A DNA stretch of 64,000 bases from Faecousia sp. (lineage in GTDB: Bacteria; Bacillota; Clostridia; Oscillospirales; Oscillospiraceae): contig JAZSGN010000030.1 of assembly GCA_045532755.1 (NCBI GenBank), positions 1,161 to 65,160 on the forward strand, read 5' to 3'. Made by a program: the position numbers and the translations under genes. Under the pieces are notes generated by a model. That model made no database searches and was not told where the DNA came from. It saw only the letters and a program-made list of their open reading frames with translations. Numbering within the stretch: the stretch's first letter is position 1; each line of letters starts with the position of its first letter. Positions 27,701-34,433 of this stretch are shown in pieces.

Positions 27701-30320
27701 TGACATTGCCATCGGCGGTAGCGACATTGGTATTGTCGGGGCCGCTTACGGTGATGTTGGCGGTGTAGCCGGTAACGCCGCTGACAGTAGCCTCGGCGGT
27801 GTAGCTGCCGGTCTTGCCCGCCTCAATCACCAGATTCTCGGGGTCTACGGTCAGGGTGACGGTGGCGGTCTGAGCATCGGTAACGGTTACAGGAATATCC
27901 ACAGACAGATTGACGGAATCGTCAGAGCCGGTAACGGTAGCGCCGGTAACAGTTGCCGTAATGGTAGCATCGCCTGCAGACACACCGGTAATCACGCCGG
28001 TGGAGGGATCCACGGTGGCAACAGCGGTGTTGCTGGAGGACCATACGATGGTGCCGTTGCTGATGGTGGCGGAGGGGTCTACCGCCAGAGTAGCGGTGGC
28101 GGTTTCGGTGTCGCCCTTGCCTACCAGAATGCCGGACTGACCGGCAGTCAGAGTGAGGGTGTAGTCGGTAGAGGTGGTGCCGGCAGTGCCGGTAGTAACT
28201 TCGTAGAGGTAGAGTGTGGTTCCGGAAGAGGAATTGCGACCCCAGGAGCTTCCACTGCAGGTAAGATATCTGCTCTTTGATGTGTCGTACAGTGTGCAAC
28301 CACCGGTTTCGGTATTCAGAGTCACAGTAAACAACTTACCGCTGTCCGCTCTCAATATGTTGCTATCTGCATTGAGATAGAGATATCTCTTGTTGTTCTG
28401 GATTTCATAGCCGTCAGTAGAATCTCCGGTAAATGTCCACAAGGAGAGGGCTACATCCGAACTATTGGCAAATTCTACAGTTTTATTGGTGTTATCCACC
28501 GAAACCGTTGCAGAAGATGCGGGCTTACTACTATTTCCTGTGGAGTCCACATTCATCAGCGCGATGCCGGTAGTTGCATCCGCAGATGCCTTGTAAACAA
28601 TGACATACTGTTTACCAGAAGTAATTCCGGTGGTTTCCAGCACATAGGTAGTCTCGCCGGTGCCGGTGGTAGTAACATTCACAGTACCCTCGGCGGAGTC
28701 CTTAGAGCCGTCGCCGGGGACGGAGGCATCGGGGGTGATGGTCACGCTGCCGGTGTCGGTCTTTTCACTTTCGGTGTCCACAACGGTGACGGTGAAGGTG
28801 TCGATGACGGAATTATCGTAGATGGCGTAGACGGTGACTTCACCGGCCTCGTCTTCCACAGCGGCGGGAGCCACTTCGGCGAAGGTGATATCCTTATAAG
28901 ACACATTCTTAACCGTGCCGTTGCTGCCAACGACGGTGATCTTCACATGGGAATAATCGGGGGCAACGCCCACGGAGGTCGCGATATCGGGCGCAACAAC
29001 CACACCGGTGGTAAAGGTCTCTGTACCACCGAGGTATTTTGCGATTTCAGAAGCCGCCATGATCACAGGGCCCACACCCTTGGCTTCATCGGAAACATAG
29101 CTGTTCTTGCAGTAGTCGGCATCGCTGGTGCAGACACCGGAGGACTTGTAAGTATCGGTGATCTTGCCGTCTACCAGCTTATTGGAAACGATGCCGTTGA
29201 AGGCCTTCTCGGCGGCGGTGGCATACTTGGAGGCGGTAACCCAGCCTTCGTTGTAGGCCTTCATCATGGCATAAGCCATAAGCGCCGTGCCGGAGGTTTC
29301 CAGCTTGTTGCCATTGTTGTCGGTCAGCTTGTCGTCGCGGTTGACAACGTTATACCACAGGCCGGAGCTATGCTGATAGTCCAGCATGCCGTCGAACAGC
29401 TTGGGCAGCTTGCCGATCAGGTCGGTCTTGTAAGAGCCCTCGGGCATCCGGTCGATGCACATTACCAGACCCGCTGCGTACCAGCCGATACCGCGGCTCC
29501 AGAAATGGCCGTTGCCCTTGCTGTTGGTAGCATCCCAGCCATGGTGATACAGCTTGGTGGCGGAATCATACATATTGTCGGCAACCCACATCAGCCGGTC
29601 GTGTACGGCCCGGTAGATGGTCTCGGGCTTGACGGAGCTGTTGGTGATGCGGCCGTCGGCCAGAGCATTGGCATAGGCCATCAGGAAAGGCTGCGCCATG
29701 TAGATGCCGTCCAGGCCGATTTCATATTCAGACCAGCTGGAAGTAGGCTCGCCGCTGGAATCCTGCTTGTGCAGGAAGTTGCCGCCGCAAGCAGTGTAAT
29801 CGGTCTGATCAGCCAGCTCGTTATAAACAAAGTGGATGGCGTTCTCATAGTCTTCCCGATGAGCTGCATCCACACCGGCAGAGTCCAGAATCGTCAGCAG
29901 CGTCAGGGCGGGAGGAACAGAGTCCAGCTCGCCATCGTGCCATTCGCTAATCGAACCGCTGTCGGAAATGTTGAAATCCATGTAGATCTGGGCAAACTCC
30001 AGAGCGCTGTTGGTAGACAGACCGTCGTTGGTGTCGGAGTCCACGCCCAGCATCAGCATGGCATCCAGCATAACGCCGGTATAATAGCGCCAGTTGTCGC
30101 CCTTGTCGGTTTCTGTTGTCCAACTCAGGTCGTTGTTGGTTCCCGCATCCGCAAAACTATCCGCAAGCAGACCTGCGGCATAGTCACGAATCGTCTCCAG
30201 ATTGCCGGCGGTTGCGCTCTCTGCGGCGAAGGCGCTCAGGGGCACCATGCCGAAGATCATGCAGGCTACCAGCAGCACCGATACGATTCGGCTGCCAATG
30301 CTTGTTCTTCCTACTCTCAT
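18759..30320 (-). CDS. Giant (~3853 aa) secreted multidomain protein: GH105/GH88 hydrolase, Ig-like repeats, Cys/His repeats, CBM77-like domain, VWA domain
   Basis: Signal peptide ending SAFA. GH105-like WRYYTG, ELDSV, LDGIYMAQPF, HFWSRGIGW and ETSGTA (~29040-30200). WSSSN..VATVD Big_2 repeats. CBM77-like HNF...KIESST...IFYMEY (24961-25283). VWA DVSNS and FMTDG (~21745-22690). GGGAGG RBS. Confidence 0.85.
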   Translation of the reverse strand: MRVGRTSIGSRIVSVLLVACMIFGMVPLSAFAAESATAGNLETIRDYAAGLLADSFADAGTNNDLSWTTETDKGDNWRYYTGVMLDAMLMLGVDSDTNDGLSTNSALEFAQIYMDFNISDSGSISEWHDGELDSVPPALTLLTILDSAGVDAAHREDYENAIHFVYNELADQTDYTACGGNFLHKQDSSGEPTSSWSEYEIGLDGIYMAQPFLMAYANALADGRITNSSVKPETIYRAVHDRLMWVADNMYDSATKLYHHGWDATNSKGNGHFWSRGIGWYAAGLVMCIDRMPEGSYKTDLIGKLPKLFDGMLDYQHSSGLWYNVVNRDDKLTDNNGNKLETSGTALMAYAMMKAYNEGWVTASKYATAAEKAFNGIVSNKLVDGKITDTYKSSGVCTSDADYCKNSYVSDEAKGVGPVIMAASEIAKYLGGTETFTTGVVVAPDIATSVGVAPDYSHVKITVVGSNGTVKNVSYKDITFAEVAPAAVEDEAGEVTVYAIYDNSVIDTFTVTVVDTESEKTDTGSVTITPDASVPGDGSKDSAEGTVNVTTTGTGETTYVLETTGITSGKQYVIVYKASADATTGIALMNVDSTGNSSKPASSATVSVDNTNKTVEFANSSDVALSLWTFTGDSTDGYEIQNNKRYLYLNADSNILRADSGKLFTVTLNTETGGCTLYDTSKSRYLTCSGSSWGRNSSSGTTLYLYEVTTGTAGTTSTDYTLTLTAGQSGILVGKGDTETATATLAVDPSATISNGTIVWSSSNTAVATVDPSTGVITGVSAGDATITATVTGATVTGSDDSVNLSVDIPVTVTDAQTATVTLTVDPENLVIEAGKTGSYTAEATVSGVTGYTANITVSGPDNTNVATADGNVITGVARGTTSIVVSVNSISKDGVSYELSEPAQVTLNIIVNEAAEEEPHVHDYTAVEDPVATCTTAGTRTYTCACGDSYTETVAALGHNYVDGTCTRCGEKDADYSEPATEATTEATTEATTEATTETTTEPATGDIQYALDTDGVIEDGGDYLIVGLVDGKYYALTTNSSNTSMSSTVVTPVNGVITLDSASAAKMEFDFAKGADFESPNGITYGSYNITNGTYYLNDGSASFTTTEKLSYAAKIGNSDGTYQIVLKMQSDYPRDLICGGNSWSRGDQYKGTDQPNVLYLYKKVDSTTHTHVWGEGVVTTPATCEGTGVMTYTCSECGGTKTETIAALGHSYDAGVETKAPTCTETGVMTYTCQNDASHTYTETIPATGHTYVDGTCSSCGAAEPTTPDPVGNEYVIADAMVNGNQYLFSNKSNLDRAAYWDGDSWATGTISRTAVSGKENTYTIESSTGFTLFTWESTGTNTGYFYSMVNGSKVYLNDDGKMQATSTSDATLFTVDLANGIVKGDNGKWLKVDSSALNYKTSEETSMLLYTPTSGGTTPDPDPTDPTDPSEPGDSGFVLDTSGSVDWDGGEYIIVWYTGSKYYAMQAGSTSGKEVTVTNGTVNISYADASNIIWKFDNGQITNGDYKLKNDSAPSNKTSSADNSTVVALSAADGKYAINLEGDNRWLTYTSSWTRSGTTSDNKNYGVYLYKWSGGTSGTTAYPTDATVSPSTVNVANSGTVDLTGVTMTVTMSDGSTKTVENANLTYDVSGINTAIAGTYTVPVSYTENGKTVSANVSVVVAEASSGGGTTTSDLWKHNFDEDGLTDADGFFTISGNVKTGISGSYGDLTFDQGMKIESSTKLSFTAPKDGTLTLVMDTANKDVKVNGTSYTTDSNGVVTVNVSAGTVTVAKDDSMNIFYMEYAAAVTDGIQIEAPGTLYIAGNTTNLNPVHELHYSIMHNDATVTEGYTIEWSALDSTVVSVASDGTVTGLKPGTTSVTATVTMDDGTEYTATVPVTVAGPSVNATEEMALIFGEEGQNAEGISATVLAGGTIVSAGNFTLGYVSSDETVATVHPTSGMVTAVGPGTATIYTYIISVNGHTVYEGDGKNPQPAYFDSTAVTVTKREVSSAYLNTYDFVIQKAATADDAAKLIDALTYVSSITGPNGVTAEEGLVLTVEFNDGTKKVIHYGDEGLTVDYSNISFSTPGVQTALVRYVDPATDEELFLDTIWVHVEDFDPTGYDGVVTYEDGIHYVLDTDGVNLNEEYIIVAGNGEVALKNPSATAVGSTGASSAAVTLANGVLNSTIHSGALFDGAAVDYLTIGASDEQQAAWLLDTGVQGVVGPDGVTRLQVNASNLNRYLGAGDSETQLIHDNAAHIYLETVSEIDGEYRIVLGFNGTTPYYLDYVDGVWTATTEPASVYLYNKVVEMTDDYGVNYSVAPNNISIPKGFVSDPVVPSVIYNNYITVDGEDYTIVWTSSDPSVATVDQNGKITGISVGTTTIEATLYDVYGMAVICTTHNVPYVTKVVSVSVTEADPTPVLNPEELTIGAGSMPNFSKVAVMMTFPGTDGSYDYPVPFDQLNFKLADATGVAADGTAMDSFDNTVIGTYEVPVEYAGQPFTLTIHVVEDPYAGLDEADAIPGFPDAGSVRMNKTATGVLDFNETGVTKLELTAAGVSTKNSVDVVLIVDVSNSMGWSMDWFTGLTDEEVEAADDYKKGPAGGASGTDKLDIAMDTADKFADILLNVEGGDNTLTFVTFAGADRDHGGSSDHVDSVRTPMVGISDYSIASQVFADTQFTDVRYLNGSENAGSYKLTIGGYSDDGYGEASVSGSNRGNTNYDFAFGEAIDAVNALKAKWEANNEGTYEESGRQIHVVFMTDGAPSHYNSKNATGSADTLWSGSGKYTKPDGVSESSWLTHIKNYNELATQLKGMIDSAYTVAFDMAHGGFGSYSYGLDDMERVLEGLAQNTVVPVELAENEEELDSYLTTLARALAYAGTNARVTDTIGNSFSLFTGTHMYSSDITAGGIMSAETLAQMQAMSFPITINSYRLVTASDLNSSLSVIMTDGSVQTVTVTEEHLGLRVNEDPDVLEKVTFSADGTAAYSDVIGEGVNILKTNVTMTSLAPNAEGDYEEVTYDIVIDADTFTYGMREVTVDGKTITQENIQWKIGTVTDREVSMQYYAYLEGSLDNPREANPGVYATNEYAYAEYIDVYGKYAKRYYGVPQVAWGAANITVRFYLVNKDGQFVNRANVPFTNPANRIFLDGRAQYEVELNNALTVTALDALAQAGLAGTNILYDTTAAATVTNSTAGIANPVVWTKNSSLNNINNLLLYTDASGGYGTSVVLDIPVVMTDLGESLRPMGDTTVVIDYGKPMDINVFSEAEMPYVAGYADVRPNTEDDTKYWYTMEIVGFATYSAAHDLRDYVPAKNVTTTTFGNEATYFSGTYGKFVVTSANGETQVRYIPTTIMKGVENVFVAVAFQEYYAVSDGNGGYTKGDKIEDGVYYMYKQLNILPATVTYYETDGNVGGAFTNSASGWTHISGGAAGEALQDVYTQGSEIYGYDSSYIGNTTMSNGSSYKAQGVAAGEDGKFPVNTKFTFTGTGFDIISRTDANQGTIRVTYTNKATGASQSVSVINKGQLTLHQIPVVSVEGLTYGTYEVVIEVYNGFSFNGNVVMGNEFYFDAVRIYGALTGSEKIQTATMVGNAYTTSTFTTGSIYSADGEKDPYFTEVRDILIEDGSFSSTGSVTGAMYIDDFSGSVDVGNYNTYGANNEVYLKQGNAVAFTFTLSDAMTGFDLGMKSVDGNAVTANVAIMPEGASSYESYAISITGSTAQFYDLLARTGYDLSSGTSVHVVISNTGSGVLSLTDLKVAGAEAIVTTDAQTLMAAQYMLDDGNDIYAVSFAETTVRVATTVTLTVTTSADVDDLVITNCYGEEVWFSAVEISEGVWTVKLRPTLLGEQTFTVTAVSEGVQGSSLDALVTVELY

Positions 30321-30367
30321 AAGAATCTTCCTCCCTTTTTCTCGGGTTTTTGGGGTCCTAACGAGCC

Positions 30368-30431
30368 GCCTATACAGCACCTCGGGATGGTCTTGTGTGG
30401 GCAAGCGGCCATCCAAAGGGGCTATACAGGC
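30368..30431 (-). promoter_or_regulatory. Long stem-loop in the 5' leader of the giant gene
   Basis: On the - strand GCCUGUAUAGC pairs with GCUGUAUAGGC (two G-U pairs) and GGAUGG pairs with CCAUCC. Confidence 0.5.
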
Positions 30432-30463
30432 ATTCTACTATAGTAACCCTATATTACGCATAT

Positions 30464-30492
30464 ATTATACTCGTCCGAGGGGTTCGTGTCAA
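30464..30492 (-). promoter_or_regulatory. Consensus sigma-A promoter of the giant-protein/precursor operon
   Basis: TTGACA-17 bp-TATAAT on the - strand. Confidence 0.82.
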
Positions 30493-30585
30493 CGAAAAGT
30501 GGTCTAAAATTTGGCAAATATCTCACCTGTTTTTTGGGCAGTTTGCCCCCTGGCGATCTTTTCGGCGTCAGCAACCCTTCTCGGC

Positions 30586-30708
30586 GGACGAACACAGTTC
30601 GCCCCTACGTCGCCCCGGCAAAGGCTGCAATGTTCCATTTCCCCCAAGGGGGAAATTCCACCCGCAGGCCTTGCTCCTCCTCTCCCCACAAAGGCCATTC
30701 GCCTTTGT
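30586..30708 (+). repeat. Family H unit followed by module D (30618-30708)
   Basis: GACGAACACAGTTCGCCCCTAC, then GCAAAGGCTGCAATGTTCCATTTCCCCCAAGGGGGAAATTCC...GCCTTTGT. Confidence 0.85.
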
Positions 30709-30747
30709 GGGGGCCCCGGTGATGGGTGCATCGGCCTGGCGCGAAAT

Positions 30748-30778
30748 AAAAAGGAGCTGCGGCGGCAGCTCCTTTTTT
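30748..30778. terminator. Intrinsic terminator after gpsA
   Basis: AAAAAGGAGCTGC/GCAGCTCCTTTTT. Confidence 0.8.
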
Positions 30779-30781
30779 AAT

Positions 30782-31798
30782 TCAATTCTGGGGGAAGGAA
30801 AGGGGGATCTCCGGCTTTTTGTCCCGGCTCATCAGGGCCGAAACCACGGTGCGGGGGTCTGCGCCATGGTTGGCGATAGCATCCACCGCATTCATAATGG
30901 GCAGCTCCACGCCGTACTTTTCGGCAAGCCGCATGGCCGCCGGCAGGGCGTTGATGCCCTCGACCACCATGCCCACCCGGGTGATGGCCTCGGTGACGGG
31001 AACGCCCTGACCCAGCAGCATGCCGCAGCGGTTGTTGCGGCTGTGGAGGCTGGTGGCGGTTACGATCAAATCGCCGATACCCGCCAGACCGCCGAAGGTC
31101 TGCTCCCGGCAGCCCATGGCCGTACCCAGCCGGGCGATCTCGGCGATGCCCCGGGTGATGATGGCGGCCTTGGTATTATCGCCGTAGCCCAGACCGGCGG
31201 CAATGCCGGCGGCAAGGGCAATGACATTCTTCATCGCGCCGCATAGCTCCACGCCCAGCACATCATCGTTGGTATACACCCGCATGCAGGTATTAAAGAA
31301 CACATCCTGCACCGTGCGGGCCGCCGCCTCGTCTTCGCAGGCGGACACGATGGTGGTAGGCAGGTCCCGGGCCACCTCCTCGGCGTGGGTAGGGCCGGAA
31401 AGGGCCACCAGCTTCACGGAGGGGTTGCCCAGCTCCTGGGCGATGATCTGGGTCATGGTCAGCAGGGTTTCCGCCTCGATGCCCTTGGCCACATCCACGA
31501 TGATCTGGCCGTCTTCCACATAGGGGGCGGCCTGCCGGGCAGTAGAGCGGACAAAGGGCGACGGCACGGCAAAAAGCAGAATATCCATGCCCCGAATGGC
31601 CTGTTCCAGCTCCTTGGTAAAGCCAAGGTTTTCGGGAATGGTCATGCCGGGGAGGTTCTTGTGGCGGCGGGTGGCGGAAAGCTCGTCGATTTCCTGGGGG
31701 AGAGCCGACCAGACCGTTACAGCATGGCCGGAAACGCACAGCATCCGGGCAAGGGCAATGCCCCATGTGCCGGCGCCGAGTACACCGATTTTTTTCAT
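30782..31798 (-). CDS. gpsA: NAD(P)H-dependent glycerol-3-phosphate dehydrogenase
   Basis: GAGTWG, AVPS, AKGIE, SGPTHAEEV, MKNVIA, GDLIVT..S..SRN and VVEG. Confidence 0.95.
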   Translation of the reverse strand: MKKIGVLGAGTWGIALARMLCVSGHAVTVWSALPQEIDELSATRRHKNLPGMTIPENLGFTKELEQAIRGMDILLFAVPSPFVRSTARQAAPYVEDGQIIVDVAKGIEAETLLTMTQIIAQELGNPSVKLVALSGPTHAEEVARDLPTTIVSACEDEAAARTVQDVFFNTCMRVYTNDDVLGVELCGAMKNVIALAAGIAAGLGYGDNTKAAIITRGIAEIARLGTAMGCREQTFGGLAGIGDLIVTATSLHSRNNRCGMLLGQGVPVTEAITRVGMVVEGINALPAAMRLAEKYGVELPIMNAVDAIANHGADPRTVVSALMSRDKKPEIPLSFPQN

Positions 31799-31848
31799 AG
31801 CAGTTCCTTTCTGGTTGGGGGCGGGACAAGATTTTTGGGGGTGCAGAA

Positions 31849-32011
31849 ATCGCTTCCCCCGAGGGGAAGCTGTCAGCGTTAGCTGACTGAAGAGGAATGC
31901 GGGCGAGCAGCCGATGGTTTGCTGAAGCCATCAGACCTTTTCTAAGGTCGGTTCTGCCGCCATTCCTCTCCCGTCCCCTGCGGGGACACCCTCTCCCCGG
32001 GAGAGGGTATT
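31849..32011 (+). repeat. Family A copy 4
   Basis: Same ends and hairpins as copy 1. Confidence 0.9.
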
Positions 32012-32019
32012 GGGGGATT

Positions 32020-32907
32020 TTAATCGATCCGTTTGGCGACGACCACCAGGCGGCCGTTGGTGGTGGAGTATTCGCAGGTGGACAGGGTGATCAGCTTGTC
32101 GCCGAACTCGGCGGTAACGCCGCTGTCGAAATAGGCAAGGGATTTGCAGGTTTGGATATAGCGGTCAAACTCCGCGGCGGTTTCCGCGTCCTCAAAGAGA
32201 TTATAGCGGAAGCCCTCGTTCTGGGTGGCCGTGGTGCGGAACACCACCACTACCTCGTAGGTATGGCGCTCGGTGAGGGTGTCGAAGTAGATATAGCGGT
32301 GATCCTCAAAATAGATCTTGCTCTTATAGTTGGCAAGGGCGGCGAACATGGTGCCGTCGTTCATGCGGTGGCCGTAAATCGTCACATTGTCGGAGGGGCG
32401 GCTGACATCGCAGGTCTCCCGGACATAGATACAGCCGTGGGTGGCGTGCTTGCCGTTGAAGTCCCGGCGCAGGTAGTAGTCCTTCCGGTCGGGGGTCTGG
32501 ACAACGGGGTAGTTGACCTTGGTGCCGGGGATCTCGATCCAGCCCACAAGGTCCTGATTCATAAGATACAGCTCCGCGTACTCCGGCAGGATCTCCATTT
32601 CCTTGCCGGTCTTGGGGTCGACGATGGTGACCAGCTCGCTGAGAGGCTCGGTTTCCTGGGGCTGAGTCTCAGGGGGCAGGGTCTCCCCGGGCTGGGTTTC
32701 CATAGGCTGGGTAGGCTTGGTCTCCACGGGGCGGGTGGGCAGCGGCCGGGTGGGACGGTTGGCAAGCTGCTCCAGATCGTCGTACAGACCCGAGCTTTCC
32801 CGGGACTCTTTAATATAGTCTACCAGAGAGATGGCGCTGTACAGAAACACCGCGATCAGCGCCAGATACACGACCCAAAACAGGATCTTCTTCGTTTTTT
32901 TGCTCAT
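32020..32907 (-). CDS. srtB: Class B sortase
   Basis: N-terminal TM, N.DLVGWI.IPGT..NYPVVQ, IYGHRM and TLSTC...GRLVV. Confidence 0.9.
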   Translation of the reverse strand: MSKKTKKILFWVVYLALIAVFLYSAISLVDYIKESRESSGLYDDLEQLANRPTRPLPTRPVETKPTQPMETQPGETLPPETQPQETEPLSELVTIVDPKTGKEMEILPEYAELYLMNQDLVGWIEIPGTKVNYPVVQTPDRKDYYLRRDFNGKHATHGCIYVRETCDVSRPSDNVTIYGHRMNDGTMFAALANYKSKIYFEDHRYIYFDTLTERHTYEVVVVFRTTATQNEGFRYNLFEDAETAAEFDRYIQTCKSLAYFDSGVTAEFGDKLITLSTCEYSTTNGRLVVVAKRID

Positions 32908-32975
32908 AGGGGTTCCTCCGGGGGCAGTTTGCTCTATCATACCCCTTTTTTTGTAAAAAGTAAAGAGGATTTGCG

Positions 32976-33004
32976 TTGCATTGGTTTTTTGGCTGTGGTA
33001 TACT
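32976..33004 (+). promoter_or_regulatory. Sigma-A promoter with extended -10
   Basis: TTGCAT-17 bp-TATACT with TG at the extended -10 position. Confidence 0.6.
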
Positions 33005-33038
33005 GGGTTTATACCATTTTATAAAGGAGTGTATTGCC

Positions 33039-34418
33039 ATGATTTCCAGAGAAATTTGCGCCCGGGTGCTGCAAAAAGCCATTTCCACCGGCGGCGACTA
33101 CGCGGAGATCTTTGCCGAAAACACCGTAAACCATTCCATCAACATGATCGCCGATAAGGTAGACTCCATCAAGGACGCCGTCATCGCCGGCGCGGCGGTG
33201 CGGGTGTACAAGGGTCTTCGCAGCGTGATGGCCACCACCGTGGACACCAGCGAGGCGGGCCTGCTGCGCTGCGCCGAAAAGGCCGCCGAGGCGTTGGGTC
33301 AGGGCTCTGCCGCCATGGACATCGTTCTGAAGGAGCGGCTCTTCGGCGACATCCACCCGGTGAAGATCGTTCCCGCCTCCGTTTCCAACCGGGAAAAGGT
33401 GGCGGTGCTGAAGCAGGGCTACTTCGCCGCCCGGAACTACCACGAAGCCATCGTGCAGGTATCCGGCACGCTGCTGGATGTAGACCACAACATCCTCATC
33501 GCCTCCACCGAGGGCCTCTACACCCAGGACCGCCAGATCCGCACCCGGCTGTCCCTCAGCGCCGTGGCGCAGGTGGGCAGCGAGACCCAGACCGGCTCTT
33601 ATAACCCCGGCCGCCGCATGGGCATGGAGATGTTTGACATCGTTGACCCGGAAGCCGCCGGCATCCGGGCGGCAAAGCAGGCGGTTACGATGGTGAACGC
33701 CGGCTACTGCCCCGCAGGCGTAATGCCCGTAGCCATCGACAACGGCTTCGGCGGCGTGATCTTCCACGAAGCCTGCGGCCACTCTCTGGAAGCCAGCGCC
33801 GTTGCCTACGGCAGAAGCCAGTTCACCGGCAAGCTGGGCCAGATGATCGCCAACGAGAAGGTCACCGCCATCGACGACGGCACCATTCCCGGCGCATGGG
33901 GCTCGATCAACATCGACGATGAGGGTACGCCCGCCCGGAAGAATGTCCTCATTGAAAACGGCGTGCTGAAATCCTACATGATCGACAAGTTCAACGGCCG
34001 CCGCATGGGCATGGCTTCCACCGGCAACGCCCGCCGCCAGAGCTACGCCTACACCCCCACCTCCCGCATGACCAACACCTACATCGCCCCCGGCACCGAT
34101 AAGAATGAGGACATCATCGCCTCCATCGAGTACGGCCTCTACGCCAAGGAAATGGGCGGCGGCTCGGTCAACCCCGTCACCGGCGAGTTCAACTTCTCCG
34201 TCAACGAGGGCTACATCATCCGCAACGGCGTGATCTGCGAGCCTGTCCGGGGCGCAAGCCTTGTGGGCAAGGGCAGTCAGGTCATTCAGGACATCGACAT
34301 GGTCGGCACCGATCTGGATATGGGTCAGGGCATGTGCGGCTCGTCCAGCGGCAGCGTTCCCACCAATGTGGGTCAGCCGCTGATCCGGGTACGCAGCATC
34401 ACCGTCGGCGGACGCTAA
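33039..34418 (+). CDS. tldD: TldD metalloprotease subunit
   Basis: HEACGH.LE, DDEG, RMTNT and GMCG. AAGGAG RBS before ATG 33039. Confidence 0.92.
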   Translation: MISREICARVLQKAISTGGDYAEIFAENTVNHSINMIADKVDSIKDAVIAGAAVRVYKGLRSVMATTVDTSEAGLLRCAEKAAEALGQGSAAMDIVLKERLFGDIHPVKIVPASVSNREKVAVLKQGYFAARNYHEAIVQVSGTLLDVDHNILIASTEGLYTQDRQIRTRLSLSAVAQVGSETQTGSYNPGRRMGMEMFDIVDPEAAGIRAAKQAVTMVNAGYCPAGVMPVAIDNGFGGVIFHEACGHSLEASAVAYGRSQFTGKLGQMIANEKVTAIDDGTIPGAWGSINIDDEGTPARKNVLIENGVLKSYMIDKFNGRRMGMASTGNARRQSYAYTPTSRMTNTYIAPGTDKNEDIIASIEYGLYAKEMGGGSVNPVTGEFNFSVNEGYIIRNGVICEPVRGASLVGKGSQVIQDIDMVGTDLDMGQGMCGSSSGSVPTNVGQPLIRVRSITVGGR

Positions 34419-34433
34419 GCAGGAGGGATCGCT

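Noticed and set aside
18732-28280. Very long + strand ORFs (2150 aa and 1001 aa), and similar antisense ORFs such as 33009-35807 and 10001-12022
   Set aside because: They are shadow frames opposite well-supported genes in GC-rich DNA, with no recognisable motifs.
25594-28650. Diversity-generating retroelement acting on the giant gene
   Set aside because: No reverse transcriptase and no near-identical template/variable repeat pair is visible.
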